A stretch of 64,000 nt of DNA from a virus, in IMG/VR virus record IMGVR_UViG_3300018469_000001, positions 1-64,000 of that record; one strand, given 5' to 3'. The position numbers and the translations under genes are program-made. The stretch's first letter is position 1; every line of letters starts with the position of its first letter. Positions 8,594-17,776 of the stretch are shown here, piece after piece. The notes under the pieces were generated by a model. It was given only the letters and a program-made list of their open reading frames with translations, searched no databases and had not been told where the DNA came from.

Positions 8594-9595
8594 ATGAAGA
8601 TCAGATATGAGGATTGGGCGCCCGGCCCAGAGGTCAAGATTGATATCCGGCGGGCTGAGGCCGTCTGCGCGCAGTACGCCGCGGACGGCTATGACCTGAC
8701 CCTGCGGCAGCTCTACTACCAGTTCGTCGCCCGCGGCTGGATACCGAACAATCAGCGCAGCTATAAGCGCCTCGGCGACATCGTCAACCGGGCACGGCTG
8801 GCCGGGATGCTCGATTGGGATTACATCGTCGACCGGACCCGCAGCTTGCAGGGCACCGCGCACTGGCGGACCCCGGGCGCGGTGATCGACTCCGCGGCGT
8901 ACTCGTACCGGCTCGATAAGTGGGCCGACCAGCCGCGCCGCGTCGAGGTGTGGGTGGAGAAAGAGGCCCTCGCCGGTGTCGTCCAGCGGGTCGCCGACGA
9001 GCACGACGTAGACTGGTTCTCGTGCCGCGGCTACGTGTCGCAGTCCGAACAGTGGGCGGCCGCCCGGCGGCTGCTGGGGTATCTCGAAAACGGCCAGGCC
9101 GTCACCATCCTGCACCTGGGCGACCACGACCCGTCCGGCATCGACATGACCCGCGACATCCGTGCCCGGCTGGAGAACTTCCTCACCCAGGACTGGTTGA
9201 ACGCCAACGTTGTCGATTTCGGCGGCGACAGCGTCAAGATCAGCGAAATCATGGGGCACATGCGCGACCGGGTCGGCGACGTGGACCCGATCGAGATACG
9301 TCGGATCGCTCTCAACTTCGACCAGGTCCAGCAGTACGACCCGCCACCCAACCCGACCAAGACGACCGACTCGCGGGCCGCCGGATACATCGAACGATTC
9401 GGCCACGAGTCGTGGGAACTCGACGCCCTACCGCCCGACGTCCTGGCGCAGCTCGTCCGTGACAACGTGGCGATGTTGCGCGACGACGACCGGTACGAGG
9501 CCGTCGAATCGCAGGAGGCCAGGGAACGTTCCCTGCTCCGGGCGGCCGCCGGCCGCTGGGACGACCTCGTCGCATTCCTCGGCGGGGAAGAGTGA
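8594..9595 (+). CDS. Topo VI-A / Spo11-like (mini-A type) WHD-Toprim protein
   Basis: LRQLYYQFV (catalytic-Tyr type motif) plus the Toprim-like LGDHDPSGIDM. ATG 8594 lies 6 nt after the upstream stop. Confidence 0.7.
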   Translation: MKIRYEDWAPGPEVKIDIRRAEAVCAQYAADGYDLTLRQLYYQFVARGWIPNNQRSYKRLGDIVNRARLAGMLDWDYIVDRTRSLQGTAHWRTPGAVIDSAAYSYRLDKWADQPRRVEVWVEKEALAGVVQRVADEHDVDWFSCRGYVSQSEQWAAARRLLGYLENGQAVTILHLGDHDPSGIDMTRDIRARLENFLTQDWLNANVVDFGGDSVKISEIMGHMRDRVGDVDPIEIRRIALNFDQVQQYDPPPNPTKTTDSRAAGYIERFGHESWELDALPPDVLAQLVRDNVAMLRDDDRYEAVESQEARERSLLRAAAGRWDDLVAFLGGEE

Positions 9596-10221
9596 CTCCC
9601 CCGACGGCGCCCGCTCAGGCGCCGGCCCTGAAAAGGAGGTCCCTGTTGACGACGACATTGTTGGGCCCGTGGCCCGACGACGCCCGGCCGGGTGCCGCCC
9701 CGGCGTGTGACAACACGGCGGTCGGTGTGCTGGTCATCGCCCCCGGCGGCTTCACCCTGCTGATCCACCAGCCTGGACGGCTGATCCTGCCGGTCGGGCA
9801 CATCGACGGCCGCGGCGGGCCGCACGACGCCGCCGACGCGATCGTCGCCGCCACCACCGGGCTGACCGTTGGACGTAAGCAGCTACTCGGCGAGGCGTGG
9901 CAGCCGATCGGCTGCCAGCGTGGGCAGGGTACGCCGGCCGGGGACGGCCACAAGTGGTCGCTGTACGTCGCGATGCCGCGCGGCGGCGCGCTGACCGGCC
10001 GCGCGCAGTGGCTCAGCCACGGGCAGTTGCAGGCCGCCGCCGAGCGGACCGCCGACTACGCAGCCGGCCTGATCACCGACCAGCAGTGGCACGCCCGCCC
10101 AGGTCTCGACCCGGTATGGGCTGCATCCCTGATCGGCAACCGGGTCGAGCTGACCGCCGACCAGCACGAAGCCATCCGGGCGTTGATCGACCGGGAGCCC
10201 TACACCGCGGCCGCCCGCTGA
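9592..10221 (+). CDS. Nudix-fold-like protein with degenerate Nudix box
   Basis: GTG overlaps the upstream stop. GHIDGRGGPHDAADAIVAATTGL has the exact Gx5Ex7REUxEExGU spacing, but E/RE/EE are replaced by G/AI/AT. Confidence 0.5.
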   Translation: MTPPTAPAQAPALKRRSLLTTTLLGPWPDDARPGAAPACDNTAVGVLVIAPGGFTLLIHQPGRLILPVGHIDGRGGPHDAADAIVAATTGLTVGRKQLLGEAWQPIGCQRGQGTPAGDGHKWSLYVAMPRGGALTGRAQWLSHGQLQAAAERTADYAAGLITDQQWHARPGLDPVWAASLIGNRVELTADQHEAIRALIDREPYTAAAR

Positions 10222-10292
10222 CCGCCCACGCCTGGCGGCCGGGTGGACACCGGCCGCCAGGTTTTCCCGTACCGAGACGGAGAGAGCCCCTG

Positions 10293-10520
10293 ATGCGTCG
10301 CCGACCTGCCGGCAGTCTTGCCGTGCTGCTGATCCTCGCCCTCGCGGCGATCCTGTTCTTGACCGGATGGTGCGCGGCCGCCGCCACCCGGCCCGTGAAA
10401 GTGTCCGACCAGGCGAAGAGCTGGTTGATCCTGGCGTTGATCCTGGTCGGAGCACTGACGATTCGGTGGGGGTGGAAGGCGCTGTGTCGCGCTGTGTCGC
10501 GGCGCTTCCACAACCACTAG
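10293..10520 (+). CDS. small membrane protein (2 predicted TM helices)
   Basis: ATG 10293 with RBS gacggagagag. Hydrophobic stretches LAVLLILALAAILFLTGW and WLILALILVGALTI. Confidence 0.55.
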   Translation: MRRRPAGSLAVLLILALAAILFLTGWCAAAATRPVKVSDQAKSWLILALILVGALTIRWGWKALCRAVSRRFHNH

Positions 10521-10591
10521 CCCCGGCCTGGGACGGGACATCCCGGGCCGGATCCACCAGAACACCGAGACGCACAGAGGAGAGACCAACG

Positions 10592-11371
10592 ATGGTCGAC
10601 AAGAGAGCCAACCAGGGGCCGGCTACCCGGCCGCTGCCGCCCCGGCTGCGGGCCGACGTGGCCGTGGCCCTAGCCGAAACCGCACCCGGCGTGCTGGCCA
10701 GCCTCACCCTGGCCAACGCCAACGCCCGCACCGCCGCCGAGTCGCGGCCTGGCCCGCACTACCGCGGCGAAGCCGCCTGGCTGGAGCGGCACGGACGGCG
10801 GCCGGTGACCGTCGTCAACACCCGCACCGGCGCCTACTGGGAGCGCAACAACGCCGGCTGGTGGCAGCCCGGCGGCGCCCCCGGCGACGACGACCTGGTC
10901 GACCAGCTCGGCGTGCTGCTGGCCTCCCCCAACCAGCAGATCGGCGCCATTGTGCGGCTGCTCCGCCAGGACCCGCGCCCCGCCGAAGAGTTGATGATGG
11001 CCGCCCAGAAAGCCGCTGTGCGGGCCCGCCGCGGCGTCGACATGGCCCGCGTCCACATCATCCGGTCCCGGGCGCTCGGCGAGCTGGACCGCACCGACCC
11101 GACCCCGCACCGCCTCGTCGAGCACGTCGACGACCTGGCCGCGCTGCTCGCCTCCTGCGACGCGGACATCGACACCGCCACCGACCCGCAGTGGGCGACC
11201 GCCTGCCGGCACAAGCTGGAGCAGTACCAGGCGCGCGGCGACGGCCGGTTCACCTACCCCGACCTGTACCCGGACCGGCCGGCCGCGGTCGCCGAGCTGG
11301 GCCGACACCTGCGGTGGCGCCGCCCCGGTCAGACGTTCTACGTCGAGCCCGGCGTCGGGGGGCTGTCATGA
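10592..11371 (+). CDS. hypothetical protein
   Basis: ATG 10592 with RBS agaggagag. 259 aa, GC3-rich, no recognised motif. Confidence 0.6.
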   Translation: MVDKRANQGPATRPLPPRLRADVAVALAETAPGVLASLTLANANARTAAESRPGPHYRGEAAWLERHGRRPVTVVNTRTGAYWERNNAGWWQPGGAPGDDDLVDQLGVLLASPNQQIGAIVRLLRQDPRPAEELMMAAQKAAVRARRGVDMARVHIIRSRALGELDRTDPTPHRLVEHVDDLAALLASCDADIDTATDPQWATACRHKLEQYQARGDGRFTYPDLYPDRPAAVAELGRHLRWRRPGQTFYVEPGVGGLS

Positions 11372-12021
11372 GCGACCTGGTCGAATACGGCAGCCCGCAG
11401 TGGCTGGCCAACATGCTGACGGCGTGGCTGTCCGCCCCGCACCCCGACACCGACGGGCAGGGCGACCCGGTCGCCGAGCTGGTCGTGATGGCTGCGGGCG
11501 GCGACAAGCTGGGCTGGGCGCCGCTGTCCGCGGCCGCCGTACGTGACCTCGGGCAGGCGCTGCAACGGTCCAGCGACGAGGTCGAGCAGACCCGCCGCCG
11601 CACCGAACGCGCCCACCAGATCGCGTCTCTGCTGGTCGACTGCCGCCGGGCCGGTGATGACGTCGGCGAGCTGCTCGTCGCCGCGCTCAACCGGGCCGGC
11701 GACCAGCGCGGGCTGGGCCCGGTCGGGCTGACCATGGGCCGGCCCGGCTCGTGGGAGGCCGCCGTTGTGCGGGATTGGGCGTCCGCCGGCTGGCCGATCA
11801 TCCCGGCCAACCTCGACCGGTGCGGCGAGCTGACCGCCCTGTTTACGGCCATGGCCGATGCCCGCGACGACGGCGGCGACGTGGTGTCGTGGGCGCTCGG
11901 TATGGCCGCCGACCAGATGGGCGGCGCAGAGCAGCTCGCCGGCCGGTCTCCGTGGCTGCGCAGCCGCGGCGCCTACAACATGATCGTCCAGTATGCGCGG
12001 CCGCAAGGCATGACGGCATGA
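11368..12021 (+). CDS. hypothetical protein
   Basis: ATGA overlap with the upstream stop. 217 aa. Confidence 0.6.
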   Translation: MSDLVEYGSPQWLANMLTAWLSAPHPDTDGQGDPVAELVVMAAGGDKLGWAPLSAAAVRDLGQALQRSSDEVEQTRRRTERAHQIASLLVDCRRAGDDVGELLVAALNRAGDQRGLGPVGLTMGRPGSWEAAVVRDWASAGWPIIPANLDRCGELTALFTAMADARDDGGDVVSWALGMAADQMGGAEQLAGRSPWLRSRGAYNMIVQYARPQGMTA

Positions 12022-12473
12022 CCGGCGACGGGCCGGTGACACCGGTGCCGCGGCTGGCCGCCGGGCGGATCGACCGGGGAGCCGACGCCGAGCAGGTCCA
12101 CCTGATCGAACGGCTCGGCGCCGGCCGGTGGCGTACCCGCTGCCCGGCTGGCGGCAACCGTGGCAGGGACCTGTTGCCGCCGGTGAACGCCTCGCCGACG
12201 CTGGCGCCGATCGACTGCGCCGGCTGCCTGGATTGCGCCGGCGACCTGGTCCGTGTGGTCAACGTCGTGGTCGGGGAGCAGCTCGCCGAGCTGGCCCGGG
12301 CCGGAAACCTGGTCAAGGCGTTCCTGGCCTGGGCGACACTGGACACCCGCCTCGACGACGGCGGGGTGGTGCTGGCTATTTACGCGGGCAGCACCCGGCT
12401 GCATCCTGTGACCAGCGCGGAACGGAACGGGTTGCTGGCCCGGTGGTTGGAGACCCGCCGCAAGTACCCGTGA
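12018..12473 (+). CDS. hypothetical protein
   Basis: ATGA overlap with the upstream stop. Contains CAGCLDCAG. 151 aa. Confidence 0.55.
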   Translation: MTGDGPVTPVPRLAAGRIDRGADAEQVHLIERLGAGRWRTRCPAGGNRGRDLLPPVNASPTLAPIDCAGCLDCAGDLVRVVNVVVGEQLAELARAGNLVKAFLAWATLDTRLDDGGVVLAIYAGSTRLHPVTSAERNGLLARWLETRRKYP

Positions 12474-12507
12474 CCGCAGGCGGGTGACCAGGTATTCCCG
12501 GGGAGAC

Positions 12508-12545
12508 GCAGCCCGGGGTGGTAAATCTTTACCACCCCGGGCTGC
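12508..12545. terminator. hairpin terminator (18-nt perfect palindromic arms)
   Basis: gcagcccggggtggtaaa tc tttaccaccccgggctgc, directly after the stop at 12473. Confidence 0.7.
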
Positions 12546-12591
12546 GGTGCGCGGACACCCGGAACAAAGATCAATATTTGAGGGGGAGCAG

Positions 12592-12789
12592 ATGAAGAAA
12601 GCGAGCGGATGGAAGAAGTCGAGCCGCTGCGAGTCGAGCATGTGCGTCGAGACCCGCAGGCTGGCCGATGGGACGGTGCTGGTGCGTAACTCGGTCAAGC
12701 CTGACGCCCAGGTGGCGGTCGGCCCGCAGGGCTGGCAGACGTTCATCGACGCGGTTAAGGCCGGTGAGTACGACGGGCCGGCGTCGTAG
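12592..12789 (+). CDS. DUF397-family small protein
   Basis: MKKASGWKKSSRCESSMCVETRRL..VLVRNS is the classic DUF397 pattern (W.KSS.C....CVE). RBS gagggggag. Lower-GC leader. Confidence 0.75.
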   Translation: MKKASGWKKSSRCESSMCVETRRLADGTVLVRNSVKPDAQVAVGPQGWQTFIDAVKAGEYDGPAS

Positions 12790-12930
12790 CATCGACCCCG
12801 ACGACCACCCGTGACGCGACGGTCGAATAGCCGCCGCACGGCGTTGCGGTAGGCGTGTCGCGGCGGATAGAGTGGCAGGGTGCGGCGTCCCGCCCGCTCA
12901 ACCCGACGACCTATCCGAGGTGACCCGACG

Positions 12931-13866
12931 ATGGCCGCCACCGCGACCGCCCCGCCGCAGAGCATCCCCGCCCAACGCAAGACCGCCGCCGGCCGCCGGC
13001 GGCCGCCGCCGCCGGTCACCCAGCCACCCAAGCTGATCTGGCCGAACGGCCCGTCCGGCGACCCGGAAGACGTGACCGGCCTCGACCCGGAGGCGTTCCA
13101 CGAGGCGATCACCGGCCGCGACCGCGACCAGTGGGACTACCAGCGGCTGTCCGCCGAAGCCGGCCGGTCCGTGCCCCGGATCCGCAAGTGGGTGATGCTC
13201 GCCTACGCCGTAGCGGACGCCGAGAAGGCCAGGAAGGCGGGCCGCCGGCCCAGCGAGGCGGTTCGTCGCCGGCTGGCCATCGACGACAAGGTGTTCGTCG
13301 TCCCGGACGGGTTCGTCGGCAGCTCCCCATGGTGGTACGCCTCGACCGCCCGCCGCCGCCTGATCGAGATCGAGGTCATGCACGACGACGGCCGGGTACG
13401 GCCGTACGCCTCGACCGGACGCAAGGCCGGAGCAGCCGACCGCAGCCCCCGCAATGCACCCCCGGCGCCAACCAAGGAGGAGGCCGAAGAGGTGCTGGCC
13501 GCCTACCGGGAGATGACCGGCGAGCCGCGGCGCATGTCCGACCTGGACGCCCGGGCGGTGCTGCGTGACCGGTTCGGGCTCAACGGGCTGCAGGTGGGCC
13601 GCCGGATACAGGCCGCGCTGGACGCCGAGGCAGGCCGGCCGGGCCGCGGGGTACGGACCCGCCGGATACAGGTCGACAACGCCGCGCTGCGCGCCCGCTA
13701 CCTGGAGCTGTACGCGGAGAAGAAGCAGGCCGGCTACTCCGACCGCGGCGCGTCGGAACGGGCCCGGGCCGAGCTGTCCGCCGAGACCGGCCGGACCCGC
13801 CGCGACCTGGCCGCCCGCATCCTCGACGCCGGCCGCAAGGCCGGCACTGTCACAGGAGACCGGTAG
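12931..13866 (+). CDS. hypothetical protein (Arg-rich, possibly DNA-binding)
   Basis: ATG 12931 with RBS gaggtg. 311 aa. No firm motif. Confidence 0.55.
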   Translation: MAATATAPPQSIPAQRKTAAGRRRPPPPVTQPPKLIWPNGPSGDPEDVTGLDPEAFHEAITGRDRDQWDYQRLSAEAGRSVPRIRKWVMLAYAVADAEKARKAGRRPSEAVRRRLAIDDKVFVVPDGFVGSSPWWYASTARRRLIEIEVMHDDGRVRPYASTGRKAGAADRSPRNAPPAPTKEEAEEVLAAYREMTGEPRRMSDLDARAVLRDRFGLNGLQVGRRIQAALDAEAGRPGRGVRTRRIQVDNAALRARYLELYAEKKQAGYSDRGASERARAELSAETGRTRRDLAARILDAGRKAGTVTGDR

Positions 13867-14018
13867 AAACACGGTCGGCCCGACTTCCCGACTTGGCTGG
13901 ACGAGCCGTTGATGCGTCGAGAGCGAGCCGACCGTTTATGCCGGGAGCTGGAAGAGATCCCGGCACCGAGACGCGAGAACGTCCCCCGCACCGCCATAGT
14001 GAAGCAGGAGAGAACCGC

Positions 14019-15320
14019 GTGAGCGCTGAGCGTACCAACACCCCGGAGTCACCCACCACCGCTGCCGCGCCGACCGTCGGCCAGGCCCTGATGCCGCGTC
14101 CCCGGTTCGACCCGGCGGACGGCGTCATCGAAATCCCCACCCCGCTGGCCGACGGGTTCCTCCGGTTCGTCCCCGGGCAGAAGACGATCGACGAAGCCCA
14201 GCTCGTCATCCTGGCGCCGTTGGGTGTCAAGGCCACCTGGGATCCGGCGTACGTGATCGCTTTCCTGGTGGAGTGCCATGAGCGGGGTCTCGACCCGTGG
14301 TCCGGCGAGGCTTACCTCATGCTCTACCCGGGCAACAAGTACATACGGCACATCGGGATCGCCGGGTTCCGGCGCAAAGCTGAGGAGACCGGCGAGTACG
14401 AGGGCAGCGACCAGGCGCAGTACTGCGGCCCGGACGGCAAGTGGCTGGAGGTGTGGCCGCACCGCGACCAGCCGCCGTACGCGGCCAAGGTCACCGTGCA
14501 CCGCCGCGGGCACCTCCCCGCGACCGTGGTCGCCCTCTACGACGAGTACTGCCCGCTGGAGGAAGACAAGCGGTGGGACGAAAAGGTCAACCGGAAGGTG
14601 CCGACCGGCCTGGGTAAGGTCCCGACGCCGATGTGGCGGCCGCCGTCGCAGGGCGGCAAGCCGACCGTGATGCTGGCCAAATGTTCGGAGGCCGCCGGGT
14701 TCCGCCGGCTGTTCCCGCGCCGGTTCAACGGCTTCTATGAGCCCGCCGAGTTTGAGGCCGCCGCCGGCCAGGTCGCGCAGATGGCCGGCGACGAGGTCGC
14801 CCAGCGGCGCCGGGAGGCGTACGCCGCCCGCACCGGCGGGACGACGGTCGACGGCGCCGAGGTCGGCGCCGAGGTGCTCGCCGACACCACATCGGACGCC
14901 GAGCGCGTCGACCAGGACGAGGCGGCCGGCCGGCCGCGGGCCGAGGCGGAGGTGCGGGCGCTGCTGCTCGCCGAGCTGGACGCGCAGGCCGCGCTGATCG
15001 GCCGGGACCGGGCATGGATGACCCGCAAGTGGTCGCAGTCGCGCGGCGGCGCCGACTTCGAGACGGCCGCGGTGGCCACCATGACCGCGCACGTACACCG
15101 GTTCCGCCCGTACGTGGTCGACCGGCTCCGCCAGACCGGCCGGCACCAGCTCGCCGAGCGGTACCACACCGCCCCGCTGGCCGGCACCCTCGACGAGCTG
15201 TTCGGCCACGCCGAGCCGTGGACGGTGACCGCCGAGCAGGCGCATTCCGGCGTCGGGCACAAGATCACCGACGGCGACGTGGCGGTCGACGAGGCCACCC
15301 CGGCCGGGGTTCCGGCATGA
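14019..15320 (+). CDS. recT: RecT-family single-strand annealing recombinase
   Basis: GTG 14019 with RBS gcaggagag. FLVECHERGLDPW..EAYL..IGIAGFRRKAEETGEY..MLAKCSEAAGFRRLFP matches conserved RecT blocks. Confidence 0.8.
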   Translation: MSAERTNTPESPTTAAAPTVGQALMPRPRFDPADGVIEIPTPLADGFLRFVPGQKTIDEAQLVILAPLGVKATWDPAYVIAFLVECHERGLDPWSGEAYLMLYPGNKYIRHIGIAGFRRKAEETGEYEGSDQAQYCGPDGKWLEVWPHRDQPPYAAKVTVHRRGHLPATVVALYDEYCPLEEDKRWDEKVNRKVPTGLGKVPTPMWRPPSQGGKPTVMLAKCSEAAGFRRLFPRRFNGFYEPAEFEAAAGQVAQMAGDEVAQRRREAYAARTGGTTVDGAEVGAEVLADTTSDAERVDQDEAAGRPRAEAEVRALLLAELDAQAALIGRDRAWMTRKWSQSRGGADFETAAVATMTAHVHRFRPYVVDRLRQTGRHQLAERYHTAPLAGTLDELFGHAEPWTVTAEQAHSGVGHKITDGDVAVDEATPAGVPA

Positions 15321-15556
15321 CACCCGCCGAGCGTAAGGATCTCGCCGACGCTGTCGCTGCGATACGCGGCGGGGCCGGGCTGACCGCAGTGGAGGTCCAC
15401 TTGCAGGTCAGCCGGATCGGCCGGGCCGGCATCCTGGTGACCGCCGCCCACATCGAGGCACACCTCGGACATCCGCTGGCCGAGGCCAGCCACGGCGAGA
15501 TGCGAGGCGTGATCGCCGCGCTGAACGCCGTCAACCGGTCCGGGGTGTCGGCGTGA
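15317..15556 (+). CDS. hypothetical protein
   Basis: ATGA overlap with the recT stop. 79 aa. Confidence 0.5.
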   Translation: MTPAERKDLADAVAAIRGGAGLTAVEVHLQVSRIGRAGILVTAAHIEAHLGHPLAEASHGEMRGVIAALNAVNRSGVSA

Positions 15557-16872
15557 CCGCCGCGCTGGAGCTCCCGGCCGGGCTGACTGTCGACATGCTC
15601 GCCGCCGCCGCCCTGGTGGAGGCCGGGCCGGTCGACCCGCTGCTTGCGCCGTGCGCGGCGTGCGGTGAGCCGCCGCTCGTGCACGACGACGCACACACCT
15701 ACCACGCCGACGCGGTGTGGGCGCTCGCGCTGGCCGCGCAGGATGCCGCGGACCGGCCGGTGATGGACGACATCGTCGCCCGCCTCGACGCCGAGCACGT
15801 CCCGTCGGGGAAGACCGGCCCGTCGCCGTCCGATGCGGGCGCATGCCGGCGGGCACTGTGGTACCGGGACCGGCCACCCGCCGACTACACCCCACGCCAG
15901 ATCGACGAACGGCGGGCGGCGCTGGGCAACCTGATCCACCAGGCCGGCGCACACGCCCGCGCGGTGCTGTACCCGTGGCGCTGCTACGAGATGGTGGTTG
16001 CGATGCCCGGCCTGGACCGCGGCGGCCGGGTCGACGAATACGACCCGGTCCTCGGCGAGGTGATTGACTGGAAGTCGGCCGGCCAGGCCAAATGGCAGAT
16101 CATCGGCGACGACGGCCCCACCGACGACCAGTGGTCGCAGGGGCGCATCTACGGGTACGCGCTGGACATGGCCGGCTATCCGGTGCGCCGGATCCGGATC
16201 ATCCAAATCAACCGGGACACCGGCGCCGAAGAGAGCTTCGCCGAGGACTACGACCCCGCGGCCGGGCTGGCCGCGTTGGACGCGCTCACCGAAGCCGCCA
16301 CCATGATCGAGGCGGGGGTGGTGCCTCCCCGCGACGGCTACGGGCCCCGCGACTGGCGCTGCAAGTGGTGCCCCGCCATGGATCACTGCTGGTCGACTGT
16401 GCGGGCCGCCGAGGTGGGCCGCTCCCCCGAATCGCTGACCATCCTCGGCGAGCAGCCGGAGGACCCGTCGATCGCCTGGGCCGGCCGCACCGTGCTGACC
16501 CTGTCCGCCGACCGGCTCGCCCGGGAGAAGGCCGAGAAACGCGCAAAGTCGCTGTTGCAGGGCATCAAGCCGGGCACGTACGGCCAGGACAGCGACCAGC
16601 CCGTCGAGGTCTACCTCGACTGGTCCACCTCGTACGCGTACAAGGCCGCATATGAGCAGCTCCGCGCCCTGTACGAGCTGCCCGACGACCTGCGGCCGCC
16701 GCTGGCGGAGGTCGGCGAGGTGGAGAAGAAAAGCTCGAGCACGACCGCGGTGCGGCGGCCGCGGGCAGCCAAGCGGGCGGCCGCCCGCAAACCGCGAGGC
16801 AAGGCGCTGCCGGCCGCCGAGGCCGCCGGCGCCCAGCTCGCCGCCGAGATTGGGGAGGAGGCGCCGAGGTGA
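15553..16872 (+). CDS. PD-(D/E)xK exonuclease, Cas4/RecB-like (RecT partner)
   Basis: D..EVIDWK nuclease core, an N-terminal Cys plus a C-terminal CKWCPAMDHCW cluster (Cas4-like Fe-S ligands). Adjacent to recT. Confidence 0.75.
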   Translation: MTAALELPAGLTVDMLAAAALVEAGPVDPLLAPCAACGEPPLVHDDAHTYHADAVWALALAAQDAADRPVMDDIVARLDAEHVPSGKTGPSPSDAGACRRALWYRDRPPADYTPRQIDERRAALGNLIHQAGAHARAVLYPWRCYEMVVAMPGLDRGGRVDEYDPVLGEVIDWKSAGQAKWQIIGDDGPTDDQWSQGRIYGYALDMAGYPVRRIRIIQINRDTGAEESFAEDYDPAAGLAALDALTEAATMIEAGVVPPRDGYGPRDWRCKWCPAMDHCWSTVRAAEVGRSPESLTILGEQPEDPSIAWAGRTVLTLSADRLAREKAEKRAKSLLQGIKPGTYGQDSDQPVEVYLDWSTSYAYKAAYEQLRALYELPDDLRPPLAEVGEVEKKSSSTTAVRRPRAAKRAAARKPRGKALPAAEAAGAQLAAEIGEEAPR

Positions 16873-17135
16873 TGCCGATGACGGACACCGCCCGGCTGGC
16901 CATGCTGCAAGCCGTCGCCGACCGCGAGGTGTGGTACACGCCCGGCCGCGGTGTCCTCAACACGAGCACCGGCCGTGACGTGCTCGCCGAGGCCACCAGG
17001 CTCCGCCGCCGCGAACGGCTGGTCGACGTCGACTTCGACGCCGAACGGCTCGGCTCATACCCGTACGTGCTCACCCCCGCAGGCCAGGCCAAGCTGGATG
17101 CCGGCCGGCCGCCGGGCACCAATGTCAGGAAGTGA
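16869..17135 (+). CDS. hypothetical protein
   Basis: GTGA overlap with the upstream stop. 88 aa. Confidence 0.5.
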   Translation: MMPMTDTARLAMLQAVADREVWYTPGRGVLNTSTGRDVLAEATRLRRRERLVDVDFDAERLGSYPYVLTPAGQAKLDAGRPPGTNVRK

Positions 17136-17141
17136 GGACTG

Positions 17142-17570
17142 ATGGACGCCGACTTCATCGCCCCGGTACCCGCGCAACGCGACGGCGCGGGCGCCGCCCT
17201 GGTCGTGACGTGCCGGGCCCGCCGCCACGAAACCCCGGCGGCCCGGGCCGCCGGGTGTGTCTGCCCTACCGAGTTCGGCCGCCCCTACCAGCCGCCGCCC
17301 ACCGACGGCGACGACCTGGGCGACGACCTGGGCGACGTCGCGATGCTCGCCGCGGCGACCAGGACGTTGCAGGCCGCGCTGGAAGAGGTGATGCGCCGGG
17401 CCGATGTGTGGGCGCAGGCGTTCGACGGCCGGCCCGAGTACCGGGCGCGGGCGGTGGCCATGTTCGCCGCCGACCTGCGCGATCGGGTGGACGGGGCGCC
17501 GGGCGGGTGGGCGGCGATGGTCGCCGAGCTGGCCATGCGACTGACCGAGCAGGGGGATCCGCAACGATGA
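17142..17570 (+). CDS. hypothetical protein
   Basis: ATG with RBS gaggac. 142 aa. Confidence 0.5.
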   Translation: MDADFIAPVPAQRDGAGAALVVTCRARRHETPAARAAGCVCPTEFGRPYQPPPTDGDDLGDDLGDVAMLAAATRTLQAALEEVMRRADVWAQAFDGRPEYRARAVAMFAADLRDRVDGAPGGWAAMVAELAMRLTEQGDPQR

Positions 17571-17776
17571 CTAGCTATGCGTTGATCGAAAACCCAAACG
17601 GGACCGCCGCCGCGATCGATACCGACGCCGTTCGCGCGCTCGTCGGCTACACGCAGCGGCTCGCCGCCGAGGGGATCACATGGTCGCTCGGGTGCGGCTG
17701 CACGTCCCGAGTGACCTGCGGATACCACCGTGACCAGCACCAGCGGGCCGAGGGGAGCCGTAAGGGTGACTACTGA
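17567..17776 (+). CDS. hypothetical small protein
   Basis: ATGA overlap with the upstream stop. 69 aa. Confidence 0.45.
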   Translation: MTSYALIENPNGTAAAIDTDAVRALVGYTQRLAAEGITWSLGCGCTSRVTCGYHRDQHQRAEGSRKGDY

